NCBI GenBank assembly: GCA_028534125.1
Contig: CM052838.1
Location: 65,658,001 to 65,722,000 of the forward strand
Reading direction: 5' to 3'
Source: Lama glama
Taxonomy: Eukaryota
DNA length: 64,000 nt
Shown here piece by piece: positions 9,331 through 21,000 of this stretch. The notes beneath the pieces are model-generated. The model made no database searches and was not told where the DNA came from. It saw only the letters and a list, made by a program, of their open reading frames with translations. Position numbers and translations under genes: made by a program. Positions within the stretch are counted from its first letter, which is position 1. Every line of letters begins with the position of its first letter.

Positions 9331-12300
9331 GATGGGTGGGCCTGGGAGGGGTCCCCGGGGAGTGCCAGCCAGGCCTAGTCGGTGTCCAAGCCCTGGGCGG
9401 GTCAGAGCCCAGCGCGGTGTGGGAGGGGACAAGCGGGATGGGCGGGGGATGGGGGCTTGCACCTAGTAGGAGCTTGGATCCCATCGCCGACAGCGCAGGT
9501 AGCCACGGAGTTGGCAAATACCTTGTCAAAGAAATAGAGGTTTGTCGCTGCGGGGGGCTGGCAAGTTGTCGACCTGCCATCTGCCCCCACCATGCCCACT
9601 AGGGGCTGGGGCCTCTGGGGCGGCCCCCTGCAAAGGGCCCTGGTTTTGTCCTCCCACGTGTGAGCAGTTCTCTGCTCTGAGAGCACAGAATGCAACCACA
9701 CCAGGGTGGATTCGGGATGCTGCTCATCTGGGGGCTGGTGGGTCAGGAGAACCAATGGGTGCCACCCACTGCTGGGGGATGAAGGCGCAGAGGTGAGGTC
9801 ATCAGGGCCCTGGAGCTGGAGGGGCCTCCGGACTCGCGGCGGCGTGCATCTACTCCTGCAGGAACTCCCAGGGCCTGGAGATGAAAAGTTCCTTCCCTCT
9901 GGCGCAAACCCCACCCCCTCCCTAGCAAACGGGCCAAGTGGGGCCTCCAAACCCCCGCCCTCCTGGCTGTGCGCCCTCCACAGGCCGACCCCCGGAAAGG
10001 GGGCTGGCAGACTCGCATCTCTGCTCGGCTGACCCCCCAGCGCTGCCAGAGTGACAGGGACTGTCTGAAAGGCAGTGAGCAGTGAGGGTTGAAGGTGGGC
10101 CTGGGCCTGAATGGTAGCAGGGGGCACGGATGGGCACATAAAGGAGGCCCAGCTGGTCACCCTGGCCCCTCTCCCACCTGCACTATGGCCCAGTCCTGCC
10201 CACCATGCTCCACCTGGGTCTAATCCCCATGTAATGACCAGTGCATCAAACCAAGGCCACCAGTAGCCTCCTATCCCTGCTGGACTCATCCATCTGACCC
10301 CCTCCACTGGTCCGTTTGCTGCTACCCTGCCTTCCACCGCCCTCCTGGACCTCTCTGCCCTCACCTTCCCAGTCCATCTGGGTCTGGGCTGGACCCTCAC
10401 CCTCAGCCCCTGCTGGGCTGACGTGCCTTCTGCAAAGTGGCACCTCCCAGGGTGTCAGCATCTGGGTGCAGGGACCACCAGGCTTGGGGCGCCTCGGGGA
10501 CTGAATAAATGCTGTTAAGGGAAGGAATGAGCATGCGTCCCAGTCCCGGGCTGCACACAAGGGTTGGGGAGGGGGGCTTTGTGCCCCCCTGGGGAGCAGG
10601 CACTGCTAAGGGGCCTCCAGGCACCCTGAGCCAAAGGGTACCACGGACGTGTGGGGCCCCGGAAGGGACTTTCTGAGCCAAGCCACTTCCCTGGGAAGAT
10701 GCTGGAAAGACCCTGGGAGGCTGAGACCATTGGCAGGTGGAAGGAGGCCCAGAAGGTATGTAAAGGAAGAGGCAGAGGCCTGGGGCCCCAGGAGAAGGCC
10801 ACAGCTGCCCAGCCCTTCCTGGCAGGAGGCAGGCTGGACCGGACTCCTGGCCTGGCCCCTCCTCTGTGATGCTCTGGCTTCTCTGGACTTGGAGCCCCTC
10901 CCCAAGCCTGGGACAGGCGGGTCTCCCACCCTGCAGGCCCTCCCTGCACTCCCAGCTCCTTTATTTCTTTAAAAGTTATTTATTTTGATAAACGTCACAG
11001 CCAGAGAGAAGCATACAGAAGCACACCACGTGTCCTTGTGCCGACCTGTCTCTCTTGCCGTTTCGCCCTGCTGGCCTCGCCTCTCCTCTGAAGGAAGCGC
11101 CTGACACGGGGGGAGTGCTTCAAGGAAGCCCTGCGGCGGGGCGTCTGCGCACACGCTGCTCCCCCAGGCCTCGAGGCCGCGCGGGGCCACACAGTGCTGG
11201 GCGGCCTCACGGTTCTCTCCTCGGGGACGCGGGGCCACAGGCCTCTCGTGGCTGCTGGAAGGGATGTTTGCCCAGTTGTTTTTCATTCACTCCTCAGGCA
11301 AGCTCCGTGAGGCAGTGACACCGCCGCCCTCCTTGGCCAGTGCGTCTGGGCTTAGCGGGCAGCCCTGTCGGACGGGCAGCCTGGGTCTCAGCCACTTGGC
11401 CTCTGCAGTTGGGGTGGCATCGGCCACACTCCATGCCCTCCAGGTGTCCTGAGCGTCGGGTTTTTCTCCCTCTCCAGCCCCTCCTTCTTCCTCTCCTTCC
11501 AGGGCCCCTCCCTGAGGCCCCAGCCCCCGCCCAGGTCGGCTACCCCTGACCTTGCGTTCTACACCCACAGGCACCAAGGCTGCATCGCCTCCTTCTTTCC
11601 CGGGGTCCTGTAGGGTCCCTGGTCCAGGACACATTCCAACCCACCAGCGGCCCAGGCTGTGAAGAGCTTGCAGGAATGAATGTCTGGATGAACAGCTTAC
11701 CCACCGAGAGGCTTTAGGGCTGGAGAGGGAAATGTCCACATGTCTGGCCCAGCGCCCACCTCCAGGCCCGCTCGCTCCAGCTTTGGGGAGCCTTTCCTTG
11801 GGCTGCCACTTCACTCTGCCTTCTGCTTCCAGGAAGCCCCTGGCTCTTGGTTGGAGACATATGGCCACCTGTCCCCTGCAGCCACAGCCAAGATGGGCTC
11901 TGGCACCCTCTCCACGCTCACGGAGTGAGGCTACCACTCCCTCTGGATGACGAGGGCCCTGTGAAACGGGAGCTGGGCAAGGGGGGCTCCCTGGAGGAGG
12001 CGGCCCACTGGCCTGACTGTGGGCAGTGGGCACACAGTGCCTCAGAAGCGCTCTTCTGGATCCCAGAGTCTTGTCTCCTTCAGGAAAGGACAAAGAGAAG
12101 CGGCTGTAAATCACCTTCCGAGCTGATTCCCGGGGGCTCCGCGGCACCAGCTGCGCAGTCAGAGCGATGAGCTCGCTTCCGAGGGCGGGGGAGGGGTCTG
12201 ACCGCGTGCCAAACGCGCTAATTGAGCGCCAAGGAAAAGATTTGTGTTGGGGCGTCTGCTCTGGCCGCCTGTGCTGTGCTCCCAGGATAGGCTTGGACGG

Positions 12301-14344
12301 CCCTGGCCAGGGGAGGCCTCCAGTAGGGCCCTTGGCTACACTCTGGGCTGAGTCCCAGCCTCGGGGGACTGGGGGCTTCCTGGCGGGTGTGCCCTGCTGG
12401 GCCATGGCCAGGGCCTCCCCGGGGACAAGTGGCCTCCGTGGGCCCCCCAGAGGATGCCCCTTCCCGAGTGTCTGGTCAGGAGCCCGGGCCCTGGGTGCCT
12501 GGCAGCCTCTCCCGTCCATGGCTGAGCCGGAGGGGCTGCCCACCCAGGCCCTGGCCCTGCCCACCCTATATGCAGAGCCTCTTTGTCCACGGAGCATCCC
12601 CAGGTCTTCATTAAACGCCTCTTGTGGAGGGAGGGAGACAGCACAGAATGAATCACTGGGCCTGACAAGTGCTCGCACGTGGCGTTATCCGCACAGTGAC
12701 CCGCGCTCCTGCTCAGGGCGCCTCGCGGCTGGTGGGGGAGGGCTGCTTCCCAGAAGAGCCAAAGGCGGGGACAGTGGAGCCGCGGCCGCCCTGAGGAGCA
12801 GGTGGGGCACACAGTGCCTTCGGTCTCCGGGGAGGAGCCGTCTATGATGGGGGCCAGTTTGTGTATGTAGAGGGTCACTGGGCTTGGGGCAGAGGGCTGG
12901 ACCCAGCCAGGAGGCGGTTTCAGGGAAGAGTGACGTGTCCCCACCCTGCTCCTGGGAGGCCAGGCATGCAGGGGGCCGCTGCCTAGCAGAGCCTTGACAG
13001 CCGGTGCCCCACGGAGCGGAGAGTGTTTGCGGAAGACGGTCCTATGAGTGGGGAAAGCCAGGCTGTGCGTAGCCCCTCTGACGCTGAGGAGCATGTCTGC
13101 TGTGTGAGGCGAAGGACACACGCCCTCCGTGCACAGCCTGAGGGGCTTCCGGCCCCTGGCCCGGGCTGCCCGCTGCCTGGCCAGTCGCCTGCCTGGGCAG
13201 TGGGTCCGGCAGGGCTGGGAGGGGAGTCAGCTGGGCCGGGGGTCTGGTCTGGCACGTGACTCCCAGAGGCTCAGAGGCCCATGACCCGCTCTGGCCCAGG
13301 GGTGGGGTGGGGCTCCCCCAGGAGGCCCGTGGCATCACCTAATCTAACTCACCCGAGGCATCCGGGCACCCTACCAGTCAGGGTTCCTCCCGCCTGACCC
13401 GCAGGACTTGCTTTGCTTCTGGGGGCGGGGGATGGTGCCTTCCCCCCAGATCACAGGCTGTGGCCAAGGAAGGGTGAGCAGGAGGGACAGCTGGAGGAGC
13501 CTTTAGGGGAACGGTGTGTCCCAGACCTGTCCCAGGGGAGGCGCCCGGACCTGGTGGTGGGGTATTTCCCACTCCGCGTTCCTGAGCAAAAGCTGGCTGG
13601 CACGTGGCAGATGGGGGACAGAGGGCTCTTTCCAAACCCCAAGGGAGGAGGGCGGTGTACGATTGGAGGTCTCCCGCTGGGACAGGCATTACGGAGATGC
13701 TGGAGGGCTCCTCAGGGCTTCACTTGGCTTGAGCTGGCTTACGGAGCACACAGCGAGCGCGTCCCCACGTCTGGCCCCAGGCTGTGCACGGGGGCTTGAG
13801 GGACTTAGACCAGAGGCAAGTCCCTGTCCTCCAGCAGAGGGGACCCCAGCAGGCAAAGCCCCCGGGGCTCTTCCTCTGGGTCCAGGGACAAAGCGGCCGG
13901 ACTCCTGGAGGCTCCCTGAAGAGGTGATGTAGATCTGGCCTCCGGGAAGGAGTTTGTTTGGGAATTTCTCTCCTGCTTTCAGAGGAAGACTTGCAAACCC
14001 GGGAGAGAGGCCTGCACAGCCAGGCAGGGCGTCCTGGACACGCAGGACTCGACTGGGCGCCCCGTGGGCTCCAGCCACGGTGAAGGCTGACCGACCGCGG
14101 AGCCTGGGATGTGGTTCTGCCGTTGGGGCTCCCTGCTGGCCCCAGGCCAGGACAGTGCTCCTGACGTCTTTGGGAAGATGGCAGTTGTCAGAGATCTGGG
14201 TGGAAAAGAGTTATCGTTTCCAAACACTGTGTTTTGGTGACGAAGATGACAGATAACCATTGTGAAACAATGAACAAAGTGAAGTAAATGTCTTCTGCAT
14301 CTCAGCCCCCGGTGTGGTGTGGCTGGCACCTGCCCACTGCTGTC

Positions 14345-14480
14345 CACTCCCTCGTTCCCTCATTCATGCAACTGCTTACTGCCCCTGCCGTGTGCGGACG
14401 CTGCCCCAGGCTGTGGGGACAGTGACCCCAAGGACAGAGCACACGGAAGACCTTGCATGTGCAGAGCTCACTCTGTGTAA
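14345..14480 (-). mobile_element. L2 LINE remnant
   Basis: cattcatgcaactgcttactgcccctgccgtgtgc...ggggacagtg...agagctcactct, degenerate L2 3'-end pattern. Confidence 0.45.
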
Positions 14481-15577
14481 GACCCTCACAGAGAGAACCC
14501 ACACACCCACACACACTCACACACACGCCGCACACACGCTCCTGTCTGTGCACCCCTCACCTGGCCCGTGTCCCGGCATCTTCGTGGAACCACCTGCAGG
14601 GCCCAGAGCCGCTCAGGCCGTGGTCTCTGCGCCCAGCACTTTGGATGTTCCCGAGTTTTCAGCTTTAACATTGTACTGAGAGGACCAAATGCAGAACCTC
14701 TGACTCCTTGTTAAGATAAATTTTAAATTTCTACGAGTCCCTGAACTGACGTGCAGTTTTCTGTATTAATCCTCTTGACAGTGCGGTTACAGCAGGTGTT
14801 TTTGATCTGTTAGCTTGTGTTCTTACCCAGGGCTCCGCCGGCTCTGATCACCTGTCTTGGGTCTGCTTTTTCATCTTCCTTTATCCTGGGCTCACGGGGG
14901 GACCCAGGAGCTGGCCTGGGAGTCCTGGCAGGTCCAGGTGAGGAAGGTGGTGCCCCTTCCAAACAGACGTGGTGTGTGGGTGTCACACAGACACGTGTGA
15001 GAAGCAGCCGTGGGCCAGACGGTGAAGCCTCCAAGGTCCAGCTCAACACGAACCCGCACCTGCTGACGGCGGAAGCTACAAGCTGTTGTGAAGACGGACT
15101 TGGCACCAAAATACTTGAGTTAAGAATGACAGAAACACACAAAGACGAAAAATAAGACCCAGTCGTGGTCATGAACTTTAACTTACCCCTCCCCGTCCAT
15201 GACATCCCCAGTCAGATGCAGCACCAGGATGTGTGATCAATGTTGGGTCTAATAAATATATCGAATTCTCTGTCCTGAAAACAGACACGGCAGAGTCACG
15301 AGAGTTGACCACACATTATTCACAAAGAAAACACCACTCATCGCACCGAAGCAGACAGATGCTGGTGTTCTGGGAGCAACCCTGTGCAGGACCTCGTACG
15401 AAACGTGAGATGCTGTGAAAACATGCAGAGTGGGCTACTGGCTATGACAGCATTTCTAATAAGACAGTATTTTGAAAAGTGTGCATGTCGTTTCATTAGA
15501 TTATCATTTCATCATTAAATATATGGACACTTACCTGGAGGAAAATTCTCGAAGTATCCATGGCACCAAATCCTGCC

Positions 15578-15900
15578 CTGGGGAGGAGCCTGAGGAAGAG
15601 GGGGAGACTAGGGAGGAGGGGGAGCTTGAGGAGGAGGGAAAGACTGGGGAGGAGGGAGAATCTTAGGGAGGAGGGAGAGACTGGGGAGGAGGGAGGAGCT
15701 TAGGGAGGAGGGGGAGCCTGAGGAGGAGGGAGAGACTGGGGAGGAGGGAGAATCTTAGGGAGGAGGGGGAGCCTGGGGAGGAGGGAGGAGCCTGGGGAGG
15801 AGGGAGAATCTTAGGGAGGAGGGGGAGCCTGGGGAGGAGGAGGGGAGCCTGGGGAGGAGGGAGGAGCCTGGGGAGGAGGGGGAGCCTGGGGAGGAGGGGG
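15578..15900. repeat. G-rich purine minisatellite, about 17 copies of a ~18-19 bp unit
   Basis: Unit TGGGGAGGAGGGGGAGCC with variants (TTAGGGAGGAGG..., ...GAGAATC), directly visible. Confidence 0.95.
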
Positions 15901-17954
15901 CAGGGCAGATCCCCCTCCCTTCTCGTTTGCTCTGCTGTGCTTTAGGGCGTTCTCCTATGAGCATGAACTACTTTTATTAACAGAACAATGAAAGCCCACC
16001 TGGGGACTGAGTGTCAGACAAGTGGCCTTTGTCATGGCTGGTGAGGCTGGGCTGGGGTCCTGGAAGGCCTGCATTTACTTCAGCTCAAGGACCATTTTCT
16101 CCGGGGGAATGTGAGTTCAGAACAGCCTGCCCCGTGAACTCTGGGTCTGTCAGGCCCAGTCCCTTGCTGGGCGCGGCCTGAACAGCAGCGGCATCTGCAA
16201 GTGGAGAGCTGTGGCTGGTCAGGCGCTGCCCGAAGCTGGAGGTGGGCAAGGCGGTCCTGGACCACGGGGCGTCCGTCACAGCCCTGCCCTCGGAGCGAGT
16301 TCTCCCTGGCCGGCTCCTAACTGGCTGCAGAGCCGCGGGCTTCTCCAGGCGCTGGGCTAGCGGCGTCATGAGCCTCCTGGTTTGCTGGGTCCTCACCGCA
16401 GGCCCTCCCTGCCCCGCTGGCCACTGTGTGGAGTGCAGCCTGGACCTCTGTCCCCACTTGTCCTGGTTCCTGAAACTTGTGCCTGTCACCTGTCCCTGTC
16501 AGTGTCGCATCACTCCTCAGGGATCTGAGGTCAGGTAAGACAGGTGCCACCACAACCAAAGACACTGCCCAGGTCAGCTGTGTCTGCTCAGGGGCCCTTC
16601 CGACGTGGCCCCCGGGGGCGGCGGAGGCTGCCACTGTCCTGCTCCCAGGACAGCTGGGCACTTTAGCCCCAGTGTAAAAAACAAAACAAAACAGCAAAAA
16701 ACACTGGACCCAAGAGCAGAAGTGTGACCCCAACAGTTGCTGGACTCCAAGATGTGAAACCCAGATGTCCTAACCCTGCATCCTAGTGGACATGCTCCCT
16801 ATGGACCTTAGCCCCAGTTGCAGGTGACTTGGAAGGGGCTGGTCATCCTGCTGGGAACAGACAGGCCGGCCAGTCACAGGCGGGCAGCTCGTGTCTCCCT
16901 GTCGGACAGCAGCCCTTCTCAGTCCCGCGTCTGCCCAGCACGCCATTCCAGGGGCTCTGTGTGTCCCCAGCTGGTCCCACCGGCCCAGGCCTGGGTCCCG
17001 GTGCCTCGTCCCACCTGTCCAGGTTCCAGTGCAGGTTCTGGCCGCGGGGCCCGCCTGTCCAGGCCAGGCAGTGATGCGGGAGCTTGGGGTTTCATTGTGT
17101 GGCTTGGGCTCACAGGAGGGCTGCAGGTGGCAGAGGACAGAAATGGGGCTCCTGGCGAGTGTGGCCCACAGGGGTGCAGGCCAGTCTCCCCGTTTGTGCG
17201 GCTCAGGCATTGCCCATGCACAGCAGCCAGGGCCCGGGGGCGGCGGTCACCACCTGGCTCCTGACGGCGGAATCTCCCCAGCCTGTGCCTCCTCAGGAAT
17301 TTTAGAGGGAGACTGCAAAGGGAGATTGCCATCGATACTGTAAGAGGCTGGGGACAGCGAGGACCAGAAGCCCATCCTGAGTTCAGAGGGAAACCACAGA
17401 ATTGCTCAGGCTTTTAAAAGTGATTCTTCCAGGAAGGACTCAAGGAGCCGTAACTGTGTCTTGGTTCCTGTAACGCCTGGATGCGTCCTGCTGCCGGGGC
17501 CCGGGCCCTCGCCGCCGCTCTCTTCGTCTCTTCCTGCAGTTTCTATGGGCCCTGGTGACGTGCTCCGTCCTAAAATATTTCAAGAGCAAGCTAATTGATA
17601 CACCTTGTCTGCCTCCAGGGGAAATTAAGCAGATTATACGGCCTATTAAATATTTTGTGTGTGAGCTTTATTTCCAGTTGGCTTCTAAAAATAGTATCAA
17701 TATTAATTAATATGCATTAGGCGCTTATACACCTGTAGAAGTGAGAGCGTTTTAAAAAGTAAATAAAACGACTCCTTGTACTGTTAACAGCTGGCTCTTT
17801 GAATTCTTTTTCCTTGCTAAATCTAGACCTCAGAAGACAGTGTCACCTTGACTCGGTTACTGGTTTACAAGCAAATGAGCAGCATGTACTTTTAAAGTGG
17901 TTAGAGGTTTCACACCCGACTGTGCTTGCGAGGGAAAGTTCATGTACCAGTCCT

Positions 17955-18058
17955 TTTGGGGGGGTGATTTATTTTATTTATTTATTTATTTTTAGTGGCG
18001 GTACTGGGGCTTGAACCCAGGACCTCATGCAGGCTACCCCTGAGCTACACCCTCCCCC
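17955..18058 (-). mobile_element. tRNA-derived SINE, camelid vic-1-like
   Basis: On -: GGGGAGGGTGTAGCTCAGGGGTAG..CATGAGGTCCTGGGTTCAAGCCCCAGTACC, then (TAAA)n and a C-rich tail; A and B boxes; target-site duplication TCATGTACCA at 17940-17949 and 18059-18068. Confidence 0.85.
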
Positions 18059-21000
18059 TCATGTACCATTCTTAATCACAGCAACTCTTTGGACAGGTTA
18101 CACTAATTTAAGTAATTTTGCTTTAAAAATTCTCCGCTGTCTCTCACATCTACCACTGTGCGGAAATAGATTAGCCCACTGTTCTGGCCTGTGCCTGCCT
18201 TGGGTTCTTTTCCTTTCTATCACCCTGTTATGTGACCTCTAAACTGTCCTGTACGAGAATGATGGATCAGTGGTCCTGTCAGGAGGCCTGGGCCCTGATG
18301 GGCTGGCACATGGGCGGAGGTGGCTGTGCAGGGCAGAGGGGTTGCCTGTCTCCCCCAGGAATTCAGGCAGGGTGGCGGCCCGAGGCACCTGCGTGGGGAT
18401 TCCAGACTGGCACGTTTAGGAAGAGTCCGGGGTCCCAGTGGTTCACAAGCAGCACATGAAGGAACAATGTGGGTCAGTGTGGCGGGGCACAGAAGGGTCT
18501 GGAAGGTGGTGTCTGCAGGAGAGTGAAGGGGCAGGGTGCCATCCTCCACTCTGGAGGAGGAGCTGGGCTGCTCGGGGAGCCGAGGCCAGCTGGTCGGCTC
18601 CCAGCTCCTGCCGCGTGTGCAGAGCTCCAGCCCCTGGGCAGAGGCTTAGAGATGGGCCCCTTCCCGCTCAGAACCAGCTGTGCCACCTGGAGCCAGGAGC
18701 ACAGAGAGGGCCAGGCGGGTCAGAGGGGCTTCCTGGGAGAGGCAGGCCTGAGGCAGGGAGGAGACCTGGGGGGTGGGGAAGTGGTCCCAGAGCCTCAGGG
18801 TGGCACGGCACCTTCAACTCACTGACTCACGGCACAGACAGACAGGTGGTGCCCAGAGCCGTCAGGTCCCCTGGGCCGAGGGCAGGGCGGGAAGCAAGCC
18901 CCGGGATGGGAGAGGAGAGGTCTGGGTGTGCAGGACCAGCTGGGGGCCAGAGGACCGTCCGAGAGAGGATGCCCCGGTGCCAGGCCTGAGCATGACACTC
19001 GGTCTGTGCTTGGGATGCCTCACCTGAGAGTGGGACACAGCTGTGGGCAAGCACTTCACTGCCCTTGCCTGGACAGAACTGGACCCAGTGTCCGGCTGTG
19101 AGGCCAGATCGATTCTGTAAGCTCGATTCTGGTGGGGACTCCTGCAACTCCCCAAGGGACCATTTGGAGGGCTTTGGGGGAGGGGCGAAGAGAACTGGGG
19201 CCTCTGCTCCTGCCCCTGCCCAGCCCTGGCCCAGCCCTGGGGGCAGCACGTGCGGCGGCCCCTCCTGGGGGCGCCCCACCCTCCGGCATGGCCGGGCCTG
19301 CAGGATGGGACTCCACAGGCTTCCTTCCAGAGGCCGCCCAGCCTGGACGTTCAGGGCGGGAGACTCAGGGGCCGGGCTAGTGTGGGGCCCCCCGGTGCCC
19401 CCAGTCTGGTTCACCCTCTGTCATCTGAGACCTTGATGTGGGGGTGGGGGGACACTGTGCGGCCTGCCCCTGGGGTGGGGCCGAGGCAGGCGGGGGCTCT
19501 GGTCCCTGCAGTGTCCCTGGGAAGTGTGAGCAGGGGTGTGGGGTCTGGGTGGGAGCTGAGGAGCTCTCCAGGCGCCCCACAGCCGGAGACAGGCGTGGCT
19601 GGCAGCACCACGAGAAGCAAACGTCCCCCTCCCTCCCCGCCTCAGCGCCTCTTTCTGTGGGCGGTGTCACACCTGAGCTTCGGGGAGGGGGTGGTGAGGG
19701 AGGGCAGATGCCCCGCTGCCTGGAGTCCTGGGCCAGGACTGGGAGGGCCCACACGCAGCGGTCGGGGTCCTGCAGAAGGCGCAAGGCTTCCAGCACCTAG
19801 ACCTGACCCTCATCAGCAGACCGCCCTTGGACCCGTGCTCCTGGATCCGGGAGGGGCCGCTCCCAGGGACCAGGGACCCCACACTGTCCCACCTAACACT
19901 CCGAAGGCATGGTTTGAGGCACGAGGAGACACTCGGTCAGGGGGCAAGTCCAGGGCGGCACAAGTCTCCCTGCCCAGCCTGAGGGCAGCTGGGTGTGCCG
20001 GGCCAGGCCCCTCGGAGTGGAATCCAGTGTCCTCCACCCCCTCACTGGGCCCGAGACCCCAGGCACGGGGCGGAGGGGGCAGGAGGTCTGTGACTCCCCT
20101 GGGTTATTTCTTCCTCACTGTGGGCTCCAGCCACCCTTGTTTTGGGAAGTCGAGACGGCCTGTCGCTGAGGGTCCCGGGTACACGTCCTCCCCTGGCCTC
20201 CTGCTCTGCCTTCTCATCCAAGGAATTCAGGACGTTTCCCTGGGAAACGTGACCCTGACCGCTGCCCGTGGGCCCGGCACCATTTGCCTTGTGCCCTGAG
20301 GCCTCCAGCTGCAGCTTTGGGGGATGGTTCTAAGCCCCGAGGGGCAACGTTTCCGAGGACATCCGGTCCTGGGCTCAGTCAGGATGGGCTGGTCTCCGCC
20401 TGGGCCGTTTGTCCCCCAGGGCACCCACTGCAGAGCCTGGTGCCCTGGAAAACGGGAGGCGGTGGGGGCCCCAGACCCAGGGCGCTGGGGCAGAGGAGGC
20501 CTCCACATCGTTTCGTCGACACCACCTCTCCCCTCTTGTCACAAAGAGTTCAAATCTCTAATAAGAAAATTTAAGAGCCCTCATCAGCTCCGTCCCAGCC
20601 ATTAGCCAACTGCACAGGGGTATTAATCTAATCACCCCCTCTGGTCTCAATGAATCGTGATAAAACTGTCAAACACTTAGATCACATTGGCCGGCAGCAC
20701 CGTGACTGAGCGGTGAGGCAGGGCGCGGCCCTCGAGCCACCCGACAAGGGAGCGGGCTGCAGGCTGCTGCTCCCCCAGGAGCCCTTCCGAGTTTACGTGG
20801 ACTCCAGGTCTGTCCGAGGTCAGTGTTGGCCCCACAAGCTGAGCTGTCCCTGGGGAGCCCTGGGCTGGGCGTGGGGGGACCAGAGAGATGCAGGGGTGGG
20901 GAGGCACTGGCAGCCCCCACAGGACGAGACCCCGAGAGGCAGGGTCGCAGGCCCCTCCAAGAGTCGGCTGCCCCACGGAGAAGCCGCCCCTGGCCCCGGG

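Noticed and set aside
7471-12678. Long ORFs (375, 332, 463 aa) as novel genes
   Set aside because: Low-complexity P/G/A/R content, overlapping frames on both strands and mostly non-ATG starts; expected from stop-poor GC-rich DNA
15578-15900. Array as CRISPR, acidic protein CDS or interstitial telomere
   Set aside because: No unique spacers, mammalian context, in-frame stops, and TTAGGG copies are isolated rather than tandem
17955-18058. Functional tRNA gene
   Set aside because: Internal deletion, A-rich tail and TSD identify it as a SINE
19250-20299. 349-aa ORF
   Set aside because: No recognisable domain; low-complexity GC-rich frame
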